This document shows positions 1 through 11,405 of a stretch of 64,000 nt of DNA, in pieces (the stretch's first letter is position 1; every line of letters begins with the position of its first letter). The notes beneath the pieces are model-generated. The model was not told where the DNA came from, made no database searches, and was given only the letters and a program-made list of their open reading frames with translations. The DNA lies in contig CAVPCT010000009.1 in the NCBI GenBank assembly GCA_963702475.1, forward strand, positions 64,001 to 128,000, in the 5' to 3' direction. Both the position numbers and the translations under genes were made by a program. This DNA is from an uncultured Thermoleophilia bacterium (lineage in GTDB: Bacteria > Actinomycetota > Thermoleophilia > UBA2241).

Positions 1-244
1 TGTCGCGCAGGGCTCCGTCGCCCTCGACGGCGTCAGCCTCACCATCGTCGCCGTCGAGGGACGGCGCCTCACCGTTTCGCTCATCCCGCACACCGCCGCC
101 GTGACCACGCTGACACGGCTGGCGTCCGGCGTGCGGGTCAACCTCGAGGCCGACCTGATCGCCAAGTACGTGTACGCGTTCGTCCACGGCCGCAGGCCGG
201 AGGCCGGACTCACCTGGGAGAGACTTGCGGAAGCGGGGTTCTGA
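1..244 (+). CDS. ribE: Riboflavin synthase (alpha chain), 3' part, truncated by window
   Basis: Frame 2 reads VAQGSVALDGVSLTI...SLIPHT...VNLEADLIAKY (second lumazine-binding repeat); TGA at 242-244; directly upstream of ribBA. Confidence 0.92.
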   Translation, partial: VAQGSVALDGVSLTIVAVEGRRLTVSLIPHTAAVTTLTRLASGVRVNLEADLIAKYVYAFVHGRRPEAGLTWERLAEAGF

Positions 245-245
245 C

Positions 246-1523
246 ATGACCACCCACGACTCACGCCACGGGGGCAACGGCTCCGGTAGCCCCTTCGCCA
301 CCGTTCCCGAGGCGCTCGACGACCTGCGCGAGGGCAAGATGGTCATCGTCTGCGACGACGAGGACCGCGAGAACGAGGGCGATCTCACGATGGCCGCCCA
401 GTTCGCCAGCGCCGAGCGCATCAACTTCATGGCCAAGGAGGGCCGCGGGCTCGTGTGTCTCACGCTCACGCCGCAGCGCTGCGCCGAGCTCAACCTGCCG
501 CCCATGACGCCGAAGAACGAGGCCCACCTGCAGACCGCCTTCACCGTGTCCATCGAGGCGCGCGAGGGCGTGACCACGGGCATATCCGCCGCCGACCGCG
601 CCCACACGATCCAGGTGGCGATCGACTCGGAGTCGAGGCCGACCGACCTGGTGCAGCCCGGACACGTGTTCCCGCTCATGGCGCGCCCGGGCGGCGTACT
701 CGAGCGCGCCGGGCAGACCGAGGCCGGCGTGGATCTCGCCCGTCTCGCCGGCCTGTACCCGGCCTCGGTCATCTGCGAGATCATGAACGACGACGGCACC
801 ATGGCGCGCGTCCCCGACCTGATCCCGTACGCGCAGCTGCACGGCCTCAAGATCATCACGGTGGCCGATCTCATCAAGTACCGGCGGCGGAACGAGAAGC
901 TCATCCGTCGCGGCGCCACCGTCTCGATGCCGACCAGGTACGGCGACTTCAAGGCCATCGGCTACGAGTCGGTCATCGACGGGTCGCATCACGTGGCGCT
1001 CGTCAAGGGCGAGCCGGCGGGGCACAGGGACGTGCTCGTACGCGTCCACTCCGAGTGCCTCACCGGCGACGCCTTCGGCTCGCTGCGCTGCGACTGCGGC
1101 GAGCAGCTGGCCGAGGCCATGCGCCGCATCGAGGAGGAGGGCCTCGGGGTGGTGCTCTACATGCGCCAGGAGGGCCGCGGCATCGGCCTGCTCAACAAGC
1201 TCAAGGCCTACGCCCTTCAGGAACAGGGACTCGACACGGTCGACGCCAACGTGGAGCTGGGGTTCGCCCCCGACCTGCGGGACTACGGGATCGGCGCGCA
1301 GATCCTCGCCGACCTCGGCCTCTCCACCATCCGCATCATGACCAACAACCCCAAGAAGATCGTGGCCCTGGAGGGGTACGGGCTGAAGATCACGGGGCGC
1401 GAGCACATCGAGGTCGCGCCGCAGGACGGCAACCTGGCGTATCTGCGCACCAAGAAGGACAGGATGGGCCACCTGCTCGAGCACGAGGATCTCTTCGGGC
1501 AGGACGAGGGACCGGAGGGCTGA
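246..1523 (+). CDS. ribBA: Bifunctional DHBP synthase / GTP cyclohydrolase II
   Basis: [41 protein letters not shown] and TNNPKK motifs; ATG at 246. Confidence 0.97.
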   Translation: MTTHDSRHGGNGSGSPFATVPEALDDLREGKMVIVCDDEDRENEGDLTMAAQFASAERINFMAKEGRGLVCLTLTPQRCAELNLPPMTPKNEAHLQTAFTVSIEAREGVTTGISAADRAHTIQVAIDSESRPTDLVQPGHVFPLMARPGGVLERAGQTEAGVDLARLAGLYPASVICEIMNDDGTMARVPDLIPYAQLHGLKIITVADLIKYRRRNEKLIRRGATVSMPTRYGDFKAIGYESVIDGSHHVALVKGEPAGHRDVLVRVHSECLTGDAFGSLRCDCGEQLAEAMRRIEEEGLGVVLYMRQEGRGIGLLNKLKAYALQEQGLDTVDANVELGFAPDLRDYGIGAQILADLGLSTIRIMTNNPKKIVALEGYGLKITGREHIEVAPQDGNLAYLRTKKDRMGHLLEHEDLFGQDEGPEG

Positions 1524-1579
1524 GGCGCTTCGCCGCAGCCCCGCCGGACGCGACGACCACCAGCAGAAGGAGCCGCACG

Positions 1580-2044
1580 ATGACCACCTACGAAGGCATG
1601 CTCAACGGCACGGGGATGAAGTTCGCCCTGGTCGTCGGGCGTTTCAACGAGCTCATCAGCAGCCGCCTGTACGACGGCGCCCTGGACTGCCTGCGGCGGC
1701 ACGACGTCGCCGACGGCGATGTGGACACCGCCTGGGTGCCGGGCGCCTTCGAGATCCCGCTCGTGGCCAAGAAGCTCGCCGAGAGCGGCAAGTACGACGC
1801 CGTGATCTGCCTGGGCGCGGTCATCCGCGGCGGCACGCCGCACTTCGACTACGTGGCCGGCGAGGCCGCCAAGGGCATCGCCAAGGTGAGCCTGGACACC
1901 GGCGTCCCGGTCATCTTCGGCGTGCTCACCACCGACTCCATCGAGCAGGCCGTGGAGCGCGCCGGCAGCAAGGCCGGCAACAAGGGCTGGGCCGCCGCCG
2001 CCACGGCCATCGAGATGGTGAGCCTGGGGCGCACGCTGCCCTGA
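1580..2044 (+). CDS. ribH: 6,7-dimethyl-8-ribityllumazine synthase
   Basis: [29 protein letters not shown] and GNKG motifs; AAGGAG RBS. Confidence 0.97.
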   Translation: MTTYEGMLNGTGMKFALVVGRFNELISSRLYDGALDCLRRHDVADGDVDTAWVPGAFEIPLVAKKLAESGKYDAVICLGAVIRGGTPHFDYVAGEAAKGIAKVSLDTGVPVIFGVLTTDSIEQAVERAGSKAGNKGWAAAATAIEMVSLGRTLP

Positions 2045-2257
2045 CCGGCGCCGCCGGCCCCGGCCGACCGGTCCTGCCGGCGGTCGGGGGCCCGGCCCGC
2101 GCTCTCTGTGGCGACGACCGCCGCGGGCGGTCGTGCTCTGGTAGCATCTGAGATATTCCGTGGCTCGGCCCGCCCGGTCCGATGGCCGGTCGTGCGGGTT
2201 CTGCCGGCCGGGCACGTGGTGCGCGCTGCGTCCCGCAACGACGGACAGGAGCAGGCG

Positions 2258-2977
2258 GTGAGCGAGCAGGACGAGCTGATGGAGCTGTTCGAGCGGTTCT
2301 CGCCGCTCGGGGTCAACGGGCTCAAGCCGTCACAAGCCGCGCGCATCCACCGCGAGCTGCGGGTGTCCATCACCCTCGGCGAGCTGCGACCGGGCGCCGT
2401 GATCGTCGAGGGTGCTCTGGCGGAGCAGTTCGGCGCGTCCAAGACCCCCGTGCGCGAGGCGCTTCGCCAGCTGCAGCACGAAGGGCTCGTGAACGTGCTT
2501 CCCCGCAAGGGGTACGTGGTCAGCTCGTTCGGTCTGGACGATCTTCTGGACGTGTACGCGCTGCGCAGCCTGCTGCAGCCTCCGCTCGCCGCCGCCGCCG
2601 CGCGGAACAGCGACGAGCGGTTGCTGCGCGAGCTCGCCGCCGCCGCGCGGCGGGACTTCGAGGCGACCACGTACCTCGCCGGGCTGGTCGCGGGCGTTGA
2701 GTTCCAGATCGTCATCGCTCAAGCTGCCCGCAACGGTCGCGCGGCGCGCGTGGTCACGGAGCTGATGCTGGAAGCGATGCGCTTCTGGCTCCTCGTGCCA
2801 CCGCCCTCCGGGATGCTCCAGGAGGCGCTCGGCTTCCAGCGCGAGGTCTACGCGGAGCTGCAGGTCGCCATGACGTCCCACGACGAGGAGGCAGCGTCCC
2901 GTGTCATGGCCGACGTCGTGGAGAGGTCGAGGCGGGAGATGGCGTCGCGCATGATGTCGAGGGGACTGACGCCCTGA
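2258..2977 (+). CDS. GntR family transcriptional regulator (FCD domain)
   Basis: wHTH pattern LRPG..IVEGALAEQFGASKTPVREALRQL..EGLV..PRKGY; GTG start inferred. Confidence 0.88.
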   Translation: MSEQDELMELFERFSPLGVNGLKPSQAARIHRELRVSITLGELRPGAVIVEGALAEQFGASKTPVREALRQLQHEGLVNVLPRKGYVVSSFGLDDLLDVYALRSLLQPPLAAAAARNSDERLLRELAAAARRDFEATTYLAGLVAGVEFQIVIAQAARNGRAARVVTELMLEAMRFWLLVPPPSGMLQEALGFQREVYAELQVAMTSHDEEAASRVMADVVERSRREMASRMMSRGLTP

Positions 2978-3037
2978 CCTCGAGCGCCTTGCCCCCCGAC
3001 TGTCTCGGGACGCGCACGTTCGCGAGGTGCTCCCCCG

Positions 3038-4461
3038 TCAGGATGTGCGCGCGGCGGCGGTCGCGGCGAGGCAGGCCTCGATGGTCGCCTCCGCCTCCTC
3101 GGGCAACGTGAACGCCGGCTCGGCGGCCCGCAGCTCTGCGACCCTGGCGCGTAGTCTCGCGACGAGGTCGAGGGCGCCGTCGGCACGCCAGTGGTCGTGC
3201 GGCCACTGGTCCAGCAGTGCGGCGACGCGGTAGTCGCGCACGTGCTGTCGCGTGTAGCGACGGGCGAGGTGGTTGCCGCGCGGACCGACCGCCTCGATCT
3301 CCTCCAGGGCCAGGGTGACTTCATCGACCGGGACGCCCCTCTCGAACGCGTCGAGGTAGTCCACCAGCTCGTCGGTGAAGACGACCGCCTCGTAGGAGCT
3401 CTGCAGGCCCGACTCGAGGAACCCGAGGTCGTGCACCAGCGTGGCCCGTGAGAGAGCGCCGAGCGCCAGAGTGACGGCGGTCTCGGCCGCCCACTGCCCG
3501 TCGAGCAGGTTCGAGTCGGAGGCGCCACCAAGGGTGAACGACGGCAGGCCGTAGAAGCGTGCGAGGTCGCAGCACGCGTGCTGGACTGCGTAGGCCTCTG
3601 GGGCGCAGTAGAGCATGCTCCCACTGCGCAGGTTGAGGGCGCCTTGGGCGACCCCGTAGACGAAGGGGGCGGCGGGACTGGCGAGCTGCGTGATGACGAG
3701 TCCGCTCAGCGTCTCCGCGTTGCCGGTGACGGCGACGGCCGCCCGGGACATGGGCGCCGTCGCCCCGGCCGACGGCGCCGTGGCGTACACCATCGGGATG
3801 CCGAGCTCTGCGCACACGACCAGCTTGTCGACGGCCTCGCGCTCATGGGAGAGCGGCGACGCCGGCATGGCGTAGATGGCGAAGCTCCGCGCCTCGCCGC
3901 AGGCAGCCGCCATCTCGCGCATGGCGGGGAGGATGCGGCCGTCGCGGGCCGACAGGATGACCGGCTTCCTCGAGCCGCGCAGCATGGCCGCGAACTGAGC
4001 CAGGTCGTCGATCTCCTGCGGCACGTCCGCCGGCAGGCCCATGGACATGACGAAGTCGATGTGGGGCAGCTGCTCCGAGACGGCGGCGATGCCGCGGATG
4101 TCGGCGACGGTCGCGCGCCGCCGTTCGCCGGACTCCGGGTCGCTCACATACAGGCAGTCCGACCCGGTGCCGTAGTAGGTGTGCGCGGTGTCCATGACGA
4201 GCGTTGCCGTGGCGCCGCGCGACGGCAGCTCGAACGACTTCGGCGCCGAGGCCAGGGCGTCGGCGACGAGTCCGCGGGGATGCGCGCGCGCACGCCGCTC
4301 ACGTCGGCGCCGGCGTCCTCGAGGAGCTCCAGCGCGCCCTGGTGGTGGACGTCGACGCCCGTCGTGGAGAGGATCCGCAGCGTCGCCTGGTGGACGGCGG
4401 CGCACGTCTCCTCGTCCCACATGCGCAGCGCCGGGTTCTCGTTCGGTCCGGTGGTGGTCAC
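3038..4461 (-). CDS. Trimethylamine methyltransferase (MttB) superfamily protein, non-pyrrolysine; frameshift near 4270
   Basis: N-term VHQATLRILSTTGV; GATAPMS..A, NAETLSGLVITQL, FYGLPSFTLGGASDS, GFLESGLQSSYE, VGPRGNHL; GTGA overlap with the upstream gene. Confidence 0.85.
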
Positions 4462-6183
4462 GATCCGCTCCCCTCTCTGTGGTCCTTTGGCCTCAACCCG
4501 TCGGCGACGGCGCAGCGACGGGGGTCGGCGACCGCGGTGTACGTGCCGTCTCTCCCGTCGCGGGCGATCATCGCGAACGACCCCATGTGGTAGTCGTAGC
4601 CGGCGACCACCGAGACGCGGACCCCGAGGCGGTGCAGGCCCGCTATCGCCTCGGGCGTGAGGCGGTCCTCCACCGTGACCTCCCGGGCCTCGGTCATGGG
4701 GAGCATGCGTGGGGCGTCGACCGCCGCCACGGGATCGAGGCCCAGGTCGAGCGCGTACGCCAGCACCTGCGGGACCGTGCAGTACACGTTGCCGGGGGTC
4801 CCCAGCGAGAGGATGGGCCGGCCGTCCCGGAGGACGAAGGTGTTGCCGACGCAATTGCGCGGTCGCGCGCCCTTGACGAGCGTGGCGTCCAGGGCGCTGG
4901 TGAGCGCTCCGAAAGTGACGTGGCTCCCGACCATGGGGACGCCGCCGACGACCATCCCGGGGATGCCCGAGGCCTGTAGCGTGTCCATCATCTGCACCCA
5001 GTTGCCGGCGGCGTCCACGACGGCCAGCTCGCAGGAGCCGGTGGGCCGGTCCGAGTCCGGCCTGGCGGAGCGCGGACGGCCGCCGCCCGCCGCGAGGGCG
5101 GCGAAGACGTCCCCGCCGGCGTCCGTGGCAAGGCGCAGATGCTCCGTCAGGTCCACGGTGGGGCGTGCAGCGCGGATCATCCTCGCGAGGTGGGCGTGGT
5201 AGGCGTCGTCGAGGACCTCGTCGCGGGGGACCCCGTAGATCGTGTCGTCCTGGGCGTACTCCCAGTGCCGCGCGGCCTGGCGCAGCGCGTGCCCCATCAT
5301 CCAGACGTGCTCGGCGGAGCACGGCTCCACATCGCGGATGCCGAGGTGCTTCAGGACACCCAGGGCGACGCCGATGAACAGGCCCTGCGTCTGCGGCGGG
5401 CCCAGGCTGACGATCTCGGCATCGTGGTGCCGGTAGCGCAGCGGTTCGACCCACCGCGGCGGCGTCTCCGTCATGTGCTCCGGGCGGATGGCCCAGCCCA
5501 TCTCGTTCGCCCTGGCGACGAACTGCCGGGCCCAGGGCCCGGTGATCATGTGGTCCGGCCCCTCCTCGGCGACGCCGCGCAGGGTCTCGGCGAGGCCCTG
5601 TGGGACCATCGTCTCGCCGACGTTGGGGAACCTGCCGTCAGGCTGGAAGAAGTCGCGTCCCTCGGGGAAGTAGGTGATGAACCGGTCGGCGAACACGTAG
5701 ACGCCGTACTCGAAGGTCGACACGGCGTGGCCCCGCTCCGCCCACAGCACGGCGTCCTCGCACAGGTCGGCCCAGGGCAGGGAGCAGAACCGCCGGTGTA
5801 CCTCCTTGAGGGCCGGCATGAAGCCCGGGATGACGGCCGCGGGTGGCACCGCCGCGTACGGGCCGGTGCCGGCGGGCACCGGCTTGAACGGCGGCAGCCC
5901 TGACGGGAAGGTGCCGCTGCCGTCGAGCTGGTGGATCGTGCCGGTCTCTCGCCTCGTAGTAGAGGAACGAGATCAGGCCGGCGTGGTTGGTCATGAACGG
6001 CTCCACGGCGGCCTGGACCATGGCGCCGGCGACGGCGGCGTCGGCGGCGTTGCCGCCTCGTCGGAGCACGTTCACCATCGTCTCGGTCACGATGGCCGAG
6101 TCGGTGCTCACGGCGGCCGTGAGGCCTCGTGGGGACGGCTTCGGACCGGGGTCCACCAGGTAGCGCCGGAGATCGTCGGTCAT
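4458..6183 (-). CDS. Gamma-glutamyltransferase-family Ntn hydrolase (divergent); frameshift near 5945
   Basis: LRRGGNAADAAVA, VEPFMT, VPG-like IPG, ELAVVDAAGN, GTPG, AVDAPR and ADPRR motifs. Confidence 0.88.
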
Positions 6184-6215
6184 GACCGCACCCTCCCTCA
6201 TCGTCAGGCCGTACC

Positions 6216-6251
6216 TTGACAACGCATCTGAAGTATCTTACAAGCATCCGA
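6216..6251 (+). promoter_or_regulatory. Candidate sigma70-type promoter with GCATC(T/C)GA direct repeats
   Basis: TTGACA at 6216-6221, 17 nt spacer, weak -10 TACAAG; GCATCTGA at 6224 and GCATCCGA at 6244 in an AT-richer divergent intergenic region. Confidence 0.45.
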
Positions 6252-6400
6252 CATCGGACGGACGGCGTCCAGTCCTGCGCCGACAGGGCTCTGAGTCCGG
6301 GTGTCGCCCGACCCGGGGGCCGGTCGCCGGAAGCTGGGTGACGCCGGCCGCGGAGCGGAGGAGCGTCCGACCGTCGCGACGCTCGTGAGACGGGAGGCGC

Positions 6401-8499
6401 ATGAGCGGACCCCACGGCAGCTCCGGCGGAGCCGCAGGCCTGTGCGCGTGGAGGCGGGCGGCCTGGAGTACGACGACCCCTTCGTGTGGCTCGAGGAGGA
6501 GAGCGCCGAGACGCTCGCGTGGCAGGCGGCGCAGAACGCCGTCGCCGAGCGCCGCCTGCGGGGTGTCGAGGGCTTCGAGGCCCTCAGGGCGCGACTCGCC
6601 GCCTGCCTCGAGGCCACCTACGTCAGCGCCCCGCATCAGTGTGGCGAGCGCTGGCTGCGCCTGGCGCACGGCGACGACGGCGAGCGCATCGAGACGTGCC
6701 GCAGGGCCGGCCGGTCCGTGGCGCTCCGTGTTCTCGGTCGCCGGCCTCTCCGAGCCGGGCAACACGGCCTCGCTCGACTGGTTCTTCCCCTCGCCCGACG
6801 GCCGTTTCGCGGCGGTGGGGATCTCGTGGGGCGGCGACGAGCAGTGCGTCCTGCGCCTGCTGGACGTCGAGCGCGCGGAGCTTCTCCCCGTCGCCGTGCC
6901 CGACACGTGGTTCGCGCGGGTGGCCTGGCTCCCCGATTCCGGCGGCTGCTACTTCCCGACCGGCGACTTCATGGAGGCCAGGCCCCGCGATCCTCTGCTT
7001 CCTGCGGCCGGGAGACGCCGCGCCGCTGCGGGAATCCCTCGCGGGCGTCGGCGTTCGAGTCGGCGTCGCCGGAGGCGCCCGCCGGCTACCCGCAGGTGTC
7101 CGCGGACGGCCGCTGGCTGACGCTCGCGAGCGAGCGTTCGGCGGCCGCGTCGCCCTCGCCCGGCGACTGCCCGGACGGCGAGTGGTTCGAGGTGCTCGAG
7201 GACACGCATGACCGGCCGGGCCTACGGCTTCGTCGACGGCGACGACTACGTGGCCATCGTCACCGAGGGCGCCCCGCGCGGCAGGCTCGTGCGCGTGCCG
7301 CTGCGAGACCGCCCGCGACCGCACCACGTGGGTCGAGGTGCGTACCGGAGTCCGACGAGGTGCTCGTGAGCGTCGACCTCGTCGCCGGCCACTACGTGGT
7401 CGCAGGGCTCGTCGGCACGGCCGCGCGTCGTCCGCGTCCTCGACCGGCAGGGGGCCCTCGTCGCCGAGGTGCCGCTGCCGGAACGCGGCGTCGTGGCCGA
7501 GCAGGCGTACAGCGGCAACTACAAGATCTTCCCGCCCATGGAGGGCGGCAGCGTCGTCCCGTGCGGCGAGGGCTTCACGTTCACGTTCGCCGCCCCCGGC
7601 AGCGCGCCGGCGACGTACCTCTACGACATCCCGCCGCGCCGTCTGACCCTGCTCGAGCCGCCGGCGGTCGTCCTGGACGACGTCACCGCGGAGCTGCGCG
7701 CGCTTCCGGCCCCGCCGGGCGCGAGGTGACGTACACGCTCGTCTCGCCGGCGGGCGCCCTGCCCGACGGGCCGCGGCCGACCCTCATCTTCGGCTACGGC
7801 GGGTTCAACGCCGCCTTCGTGCCCGACCTATCTCGGCAAGCTCGCTCCCTTCGTGCGAGGCCGGCGGCAACGTCGTCATCCCCAATCTCGCCGGGGGCGG
7901 CGAGTACGGCGAGGAGCAATGGCAGGCGGGTCGCATGGCCGCCAAGCAGGGCACCTTCGACGACCTCTACGCGATCGCCGAGGCTCTGGTCGCCGACGGC
8001 GTCACCACGCGCGGACCAGCTCGGCCTCGTGGGTGAGTCCAACGGCGGACTGCTGCGCGGCCGCGGCCGTCGCGCAGCGGCCCGACCTGTGGGGCGCCGT
8101 GTGCGTCCAGGTCCCGCTCGACGGACATGCTGCGCGCCCCGCTGGACCCGTTCGGCGCGGCCGTCACCATGGAGTACGGCGACCCGTCGTCACCCGACGA
8201 CGCGCCGCGCCTCATGGCCTGGTCGCCGTACCACAACCTGCGCGAGACCGAGTATCCGCCGGTGCTCGTGTGGACCGCGCGAGAACGACTCGCGCTGCGC
8301 TCCGTGGCACGCGCGCAAGTTCGCGGCGCGCCTGCAGCAAGTCGAACCGCTGCGTCCAGCCCCGATCCTGCTGCGCGCCCGCGCCGACGGCGGCCACCTG
8401 AGCGTCGGCACCGACCCCGACCAGGTGGCCGAGTGGCTCGGCTTCCTGATGCCCGCGCTGGGGCTGCCGCTGCCGGGCGCGGCGCGGCAGCAGGCATGA
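6401..8499 (+). CDS. Prolyl oligopeptidase family (S9A) serine peptidase; multiple frameshifts
   Basis: DDPFVWLEE, SPDGR, GYGGFN, GGGEYGE, GESNGG (catalytic Ser), WSPYHN, NDSRC (Asp) and GGH (His), spread across frames. Confidence 0.85.
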
Positions 8500-8523
8500 G
8501 CGGCGGGCGAGTCCGAGGGAGGC

Positions 8524-10032
8524 GTGAGGAGCGACACCACGCCGAGCGTCGCCGACCGGCTCTGGCCTGAGGAGGCGCTCGAGGCCATCCACGCGGCCTC
8601 GCTGGAGGTGCTGGCCCGCGCCGGCGTCCGTGTCGAGTCGGCGCGCGCCCGGGACGTGCTGCTGAGGGCGGGCTGCCGCGAGGGTCCGGACGGGCGGGTG
8701 CTGGTCCCCGAGGGCGTGGTGACGGAGGCCCTGGCGGCGTGTCCGCCGTCGTTCGGGGTGGCCGCCGGCCCCGGCGGCCACGACCTTCTGGTCGACGCCG
8801 CAGCCGGCCCAGACCTACGTGCACAACGTCGGCGACACGCGCGACGCCGTCGACCCGCGCACGGGGGAGACGCGCCGTGCAGAGGTCGCCGACCTGGCGC
8901 GCATGACCCGCGTGCTCCACCACCTCGACAACGTCGACGCTATCGTGCCGCCGCATCAGCCTGCCGGGGTCCCAGACGTGCTCGAGGACCTGTACGCGCT
9001 GCTGGTGATGGCGGCGGAGACGCACAAGCCCGTGATCGGTCCCGGCATCTCCTCGTCGTTCCAGGTGCGCCACCTCCGCGAGATGTCGGTGGCGCGCACC
9101 GGCGCCGACGGGTCGGGCGGCCGTCACGCCTGCCTCTTCGGCTTCTCACCGGTCAGCCCGCTGCGGCTGGGCGGGGAAGTGAGCGAGGCGATGCTGGACG
9201 CGGCGGCGCTGGGCGGCGTCGCCTTCCTGGCGCTGCCGTGCCCGCAGATCGGCACCACGGCGCCGGGCAGCCTCAGCGCCGCCTTGGCGCTGCAGAACGC
9301 CGAGGCGCTCGCGGTGATCGCGCTCCTGGAGTCGGCGCAGCCGGGCGCGCCGGTGCTGTTCGGGGCGCGCCTCTCCGGCATCGACCCCCGGAGCGGCCGC
9401 TTCACCACCGGCACGCCCGAGATGGGCCTGACGGCCGTCGCCGCCGTGCTGCTGGCGCGGTCCTACGGCCTGGCGGCCGACTGTTTCGGCCCCACGAGCT
9501 GCGCGCGGGTGATCGACGCGCAGTTCGGCTGGCAACACGCCGTCAACGCCTTCCTCGGCCTCGTGGCCGCCCCGCGGTTCCTCAGCGGCGCCGCCGACAT
9601 GCACTCCGCCGAGGGCACGTGTCCCGAGTCCGCCGTGCTCGACGACGAGATCCTCGGCGATCTGAGATACGCGTGCGGACCGCGGGCCTTCGATGGAGAG
9701 GCGCTGGACGTGGACGCCATCGTCGACGGCGCGCTGCGCGGCGGGTACCTGGGCGCGAAGCACACCCGCCGCTACCTGCGCGCCGAGCTGCGGCGGCCGG
9801 GCGTGGCCTTCGTCGGTGAGCGGCGCGAGTGGGCGGAGACGGGCTACGCGAGCGTGGTCGACGCGGCGTCGGAGCGGGCCGCGGAGCTCATCGCCAGAGG
9901 TCCGCTGGGTCTGGACGACGGGCTCGCAGCCATGTTCGCCGAGACGATGGCCGCCGCCGCGTCGGAGGCGGGGCTCGGCGAGTGGCCCGACCCCCGCGCG
10001 GTGCTCGCGGCCTCGCGGAGGTGCGCGCGTGA
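8524..10032 (+). CDS. Second MttB superfamily methyltransferase, non-pyrrolysine; frameshift near 8815, 3' end approximate
   Basis: IHAASLEVLARAGV, DPRTGETRRA, SPVSPLR, GTTAPGSLSAAL, NAEALA, GTPE, DAQFG and GYLGAKHT motifs. Confidence 0.85.
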
Positions 10033-11310
10033 GGCCCGGCGACGTTCACGCTGCATCATGTGCACGTCCTCGAGCAGGACGGCGGCTTCTCCGCGGCCAC
10101 GAGCGTCGTCGTCGAGGACGGCGTCGTGACGGCCGTCGCCGCCGGCGCCAGGGGTCCGGCCGGCGCCCCGGAGTACGACCTCAGCGGGCTCTGGCTCATG
10201 CCGGGCGTCTTCGACTGCCACGGCGCACGTGGGCTCTCGACCGTCGACTCCGGCGAGCTCCTGCGGACACCGGAGTCCTACGCCGTCCTGGAGACGGCCG
10301 TGAACCTGCGCAGGACGCTCGACGCCGGGGTGACCTTCGTGCGCGACCTGGGAGCATCGACGCCGGCGTCAAGAGGGCCGTCGCCGACGGGCTCGTGCCC
10401 GGGCCGCGCCTGCAGGTCGCGATCCGCCTGCTCAGCCAGACCGGCGGCCACGGGGACATGTACTCCGGCCGCATAGGCGTCGAGCCCGACCCGGTGTGGC
10501 GCTTCCTGATGACCACCGTGGACGGCGTGGAGAACATGCGCCTCGAGGTCCGCAGGCTGCTGCGCGACGGCGCCGACTGCATCAAGCTGTGTACCAGCGG
10601 GGGCGTCGTTTCGCCCCACGACACGCCGTTCGACGTGAGCTTCACCCCGGAGGAGATCGCCGTCGCCTGGCCGAAGCATCACGGCGACGGCGCCCGGTCG
10701 CGGTGCACGCGACCGGCGGGCGGGGCATCGACAACGCCGTGGCCGCCGGGGTGCGGTCCGTGGAGCACGGCACGCTGCTCACGGAGGAGCAGGCGGCCGC
10801 GATGGCTGCGGCCGGCTGCTGGCTGGTGCCGACCCTGAGCGTGCTCCGCGAGCTCATCGACGATGCGGAAGAGCCGGCCGCCGACGGCTTCGCGCCGTCG
10901 TACGCGCGGCGCAAGATCCTGGAGCCTGCGCGACCGGTTCGGCGACTGCGTGCGCGTGGCGCGTGCGGCCGGCGTTCGCATCGCGACCGGCTGCGACTGG
11001 ATCGACCGGCGCCAGCACGGCAGGAACCTGGAGGAGCTGGCGCTGCTGCACGAGGTGCGGCATGCGAGCCGAGGAGGTCCTTCTGGCGGCCACAGCCGTC
11101 GGCGCCGAGCTGTGCGGCGTCGGCGACCGCTACGGGCGCCTGGCGCCCGGCTGCGTCTTCGACGCCGTGGTGCTCGGCGCCGATCCGTCGGACATGTCGG
11201 TGTTCCGCCGGCGAGAGACGGTGCTCGAGGTGTTCAAGGAAGGTGTCCCCTGCCGGACCGGCGCGGCGCTTCTCGCGGAGCGTCGCGCCGGTGGGGAGGG
11301 GGCGCCGTGA
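10029..11310 (+). CDS. Metal-dependent amidohydrolase (Xaa-Pro dipeptidase/carboxypeptidase-like), copy 1; frameshifts
   Basis: LMPGVFDCH, AGVTFVRDLG, SQTGGHGD, GADCIKLCTSGGV, VHA, SVEHGT, LVPTL and GCD motifs. Confidence 0.85.
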
Positions 11311-11405
11311 GGCGCCGGGGTGGACGCGTCTTGACGCGGGCCACCCGGCGCGGCAGCGGACCGTCGACGGCGGCCGGAGGGTCGCCGTCAATGAAAGGGG
11401 GAGGC

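Noticed and set aside
3038-10032. Pyrrolysine (TAG) readthrough in the MttB genes
   Set aside because: The Pyl-equivalent positions are sense codons (Ala and Thr), the breaks are frameshifts rather than amber codons, and no pyl genes are present
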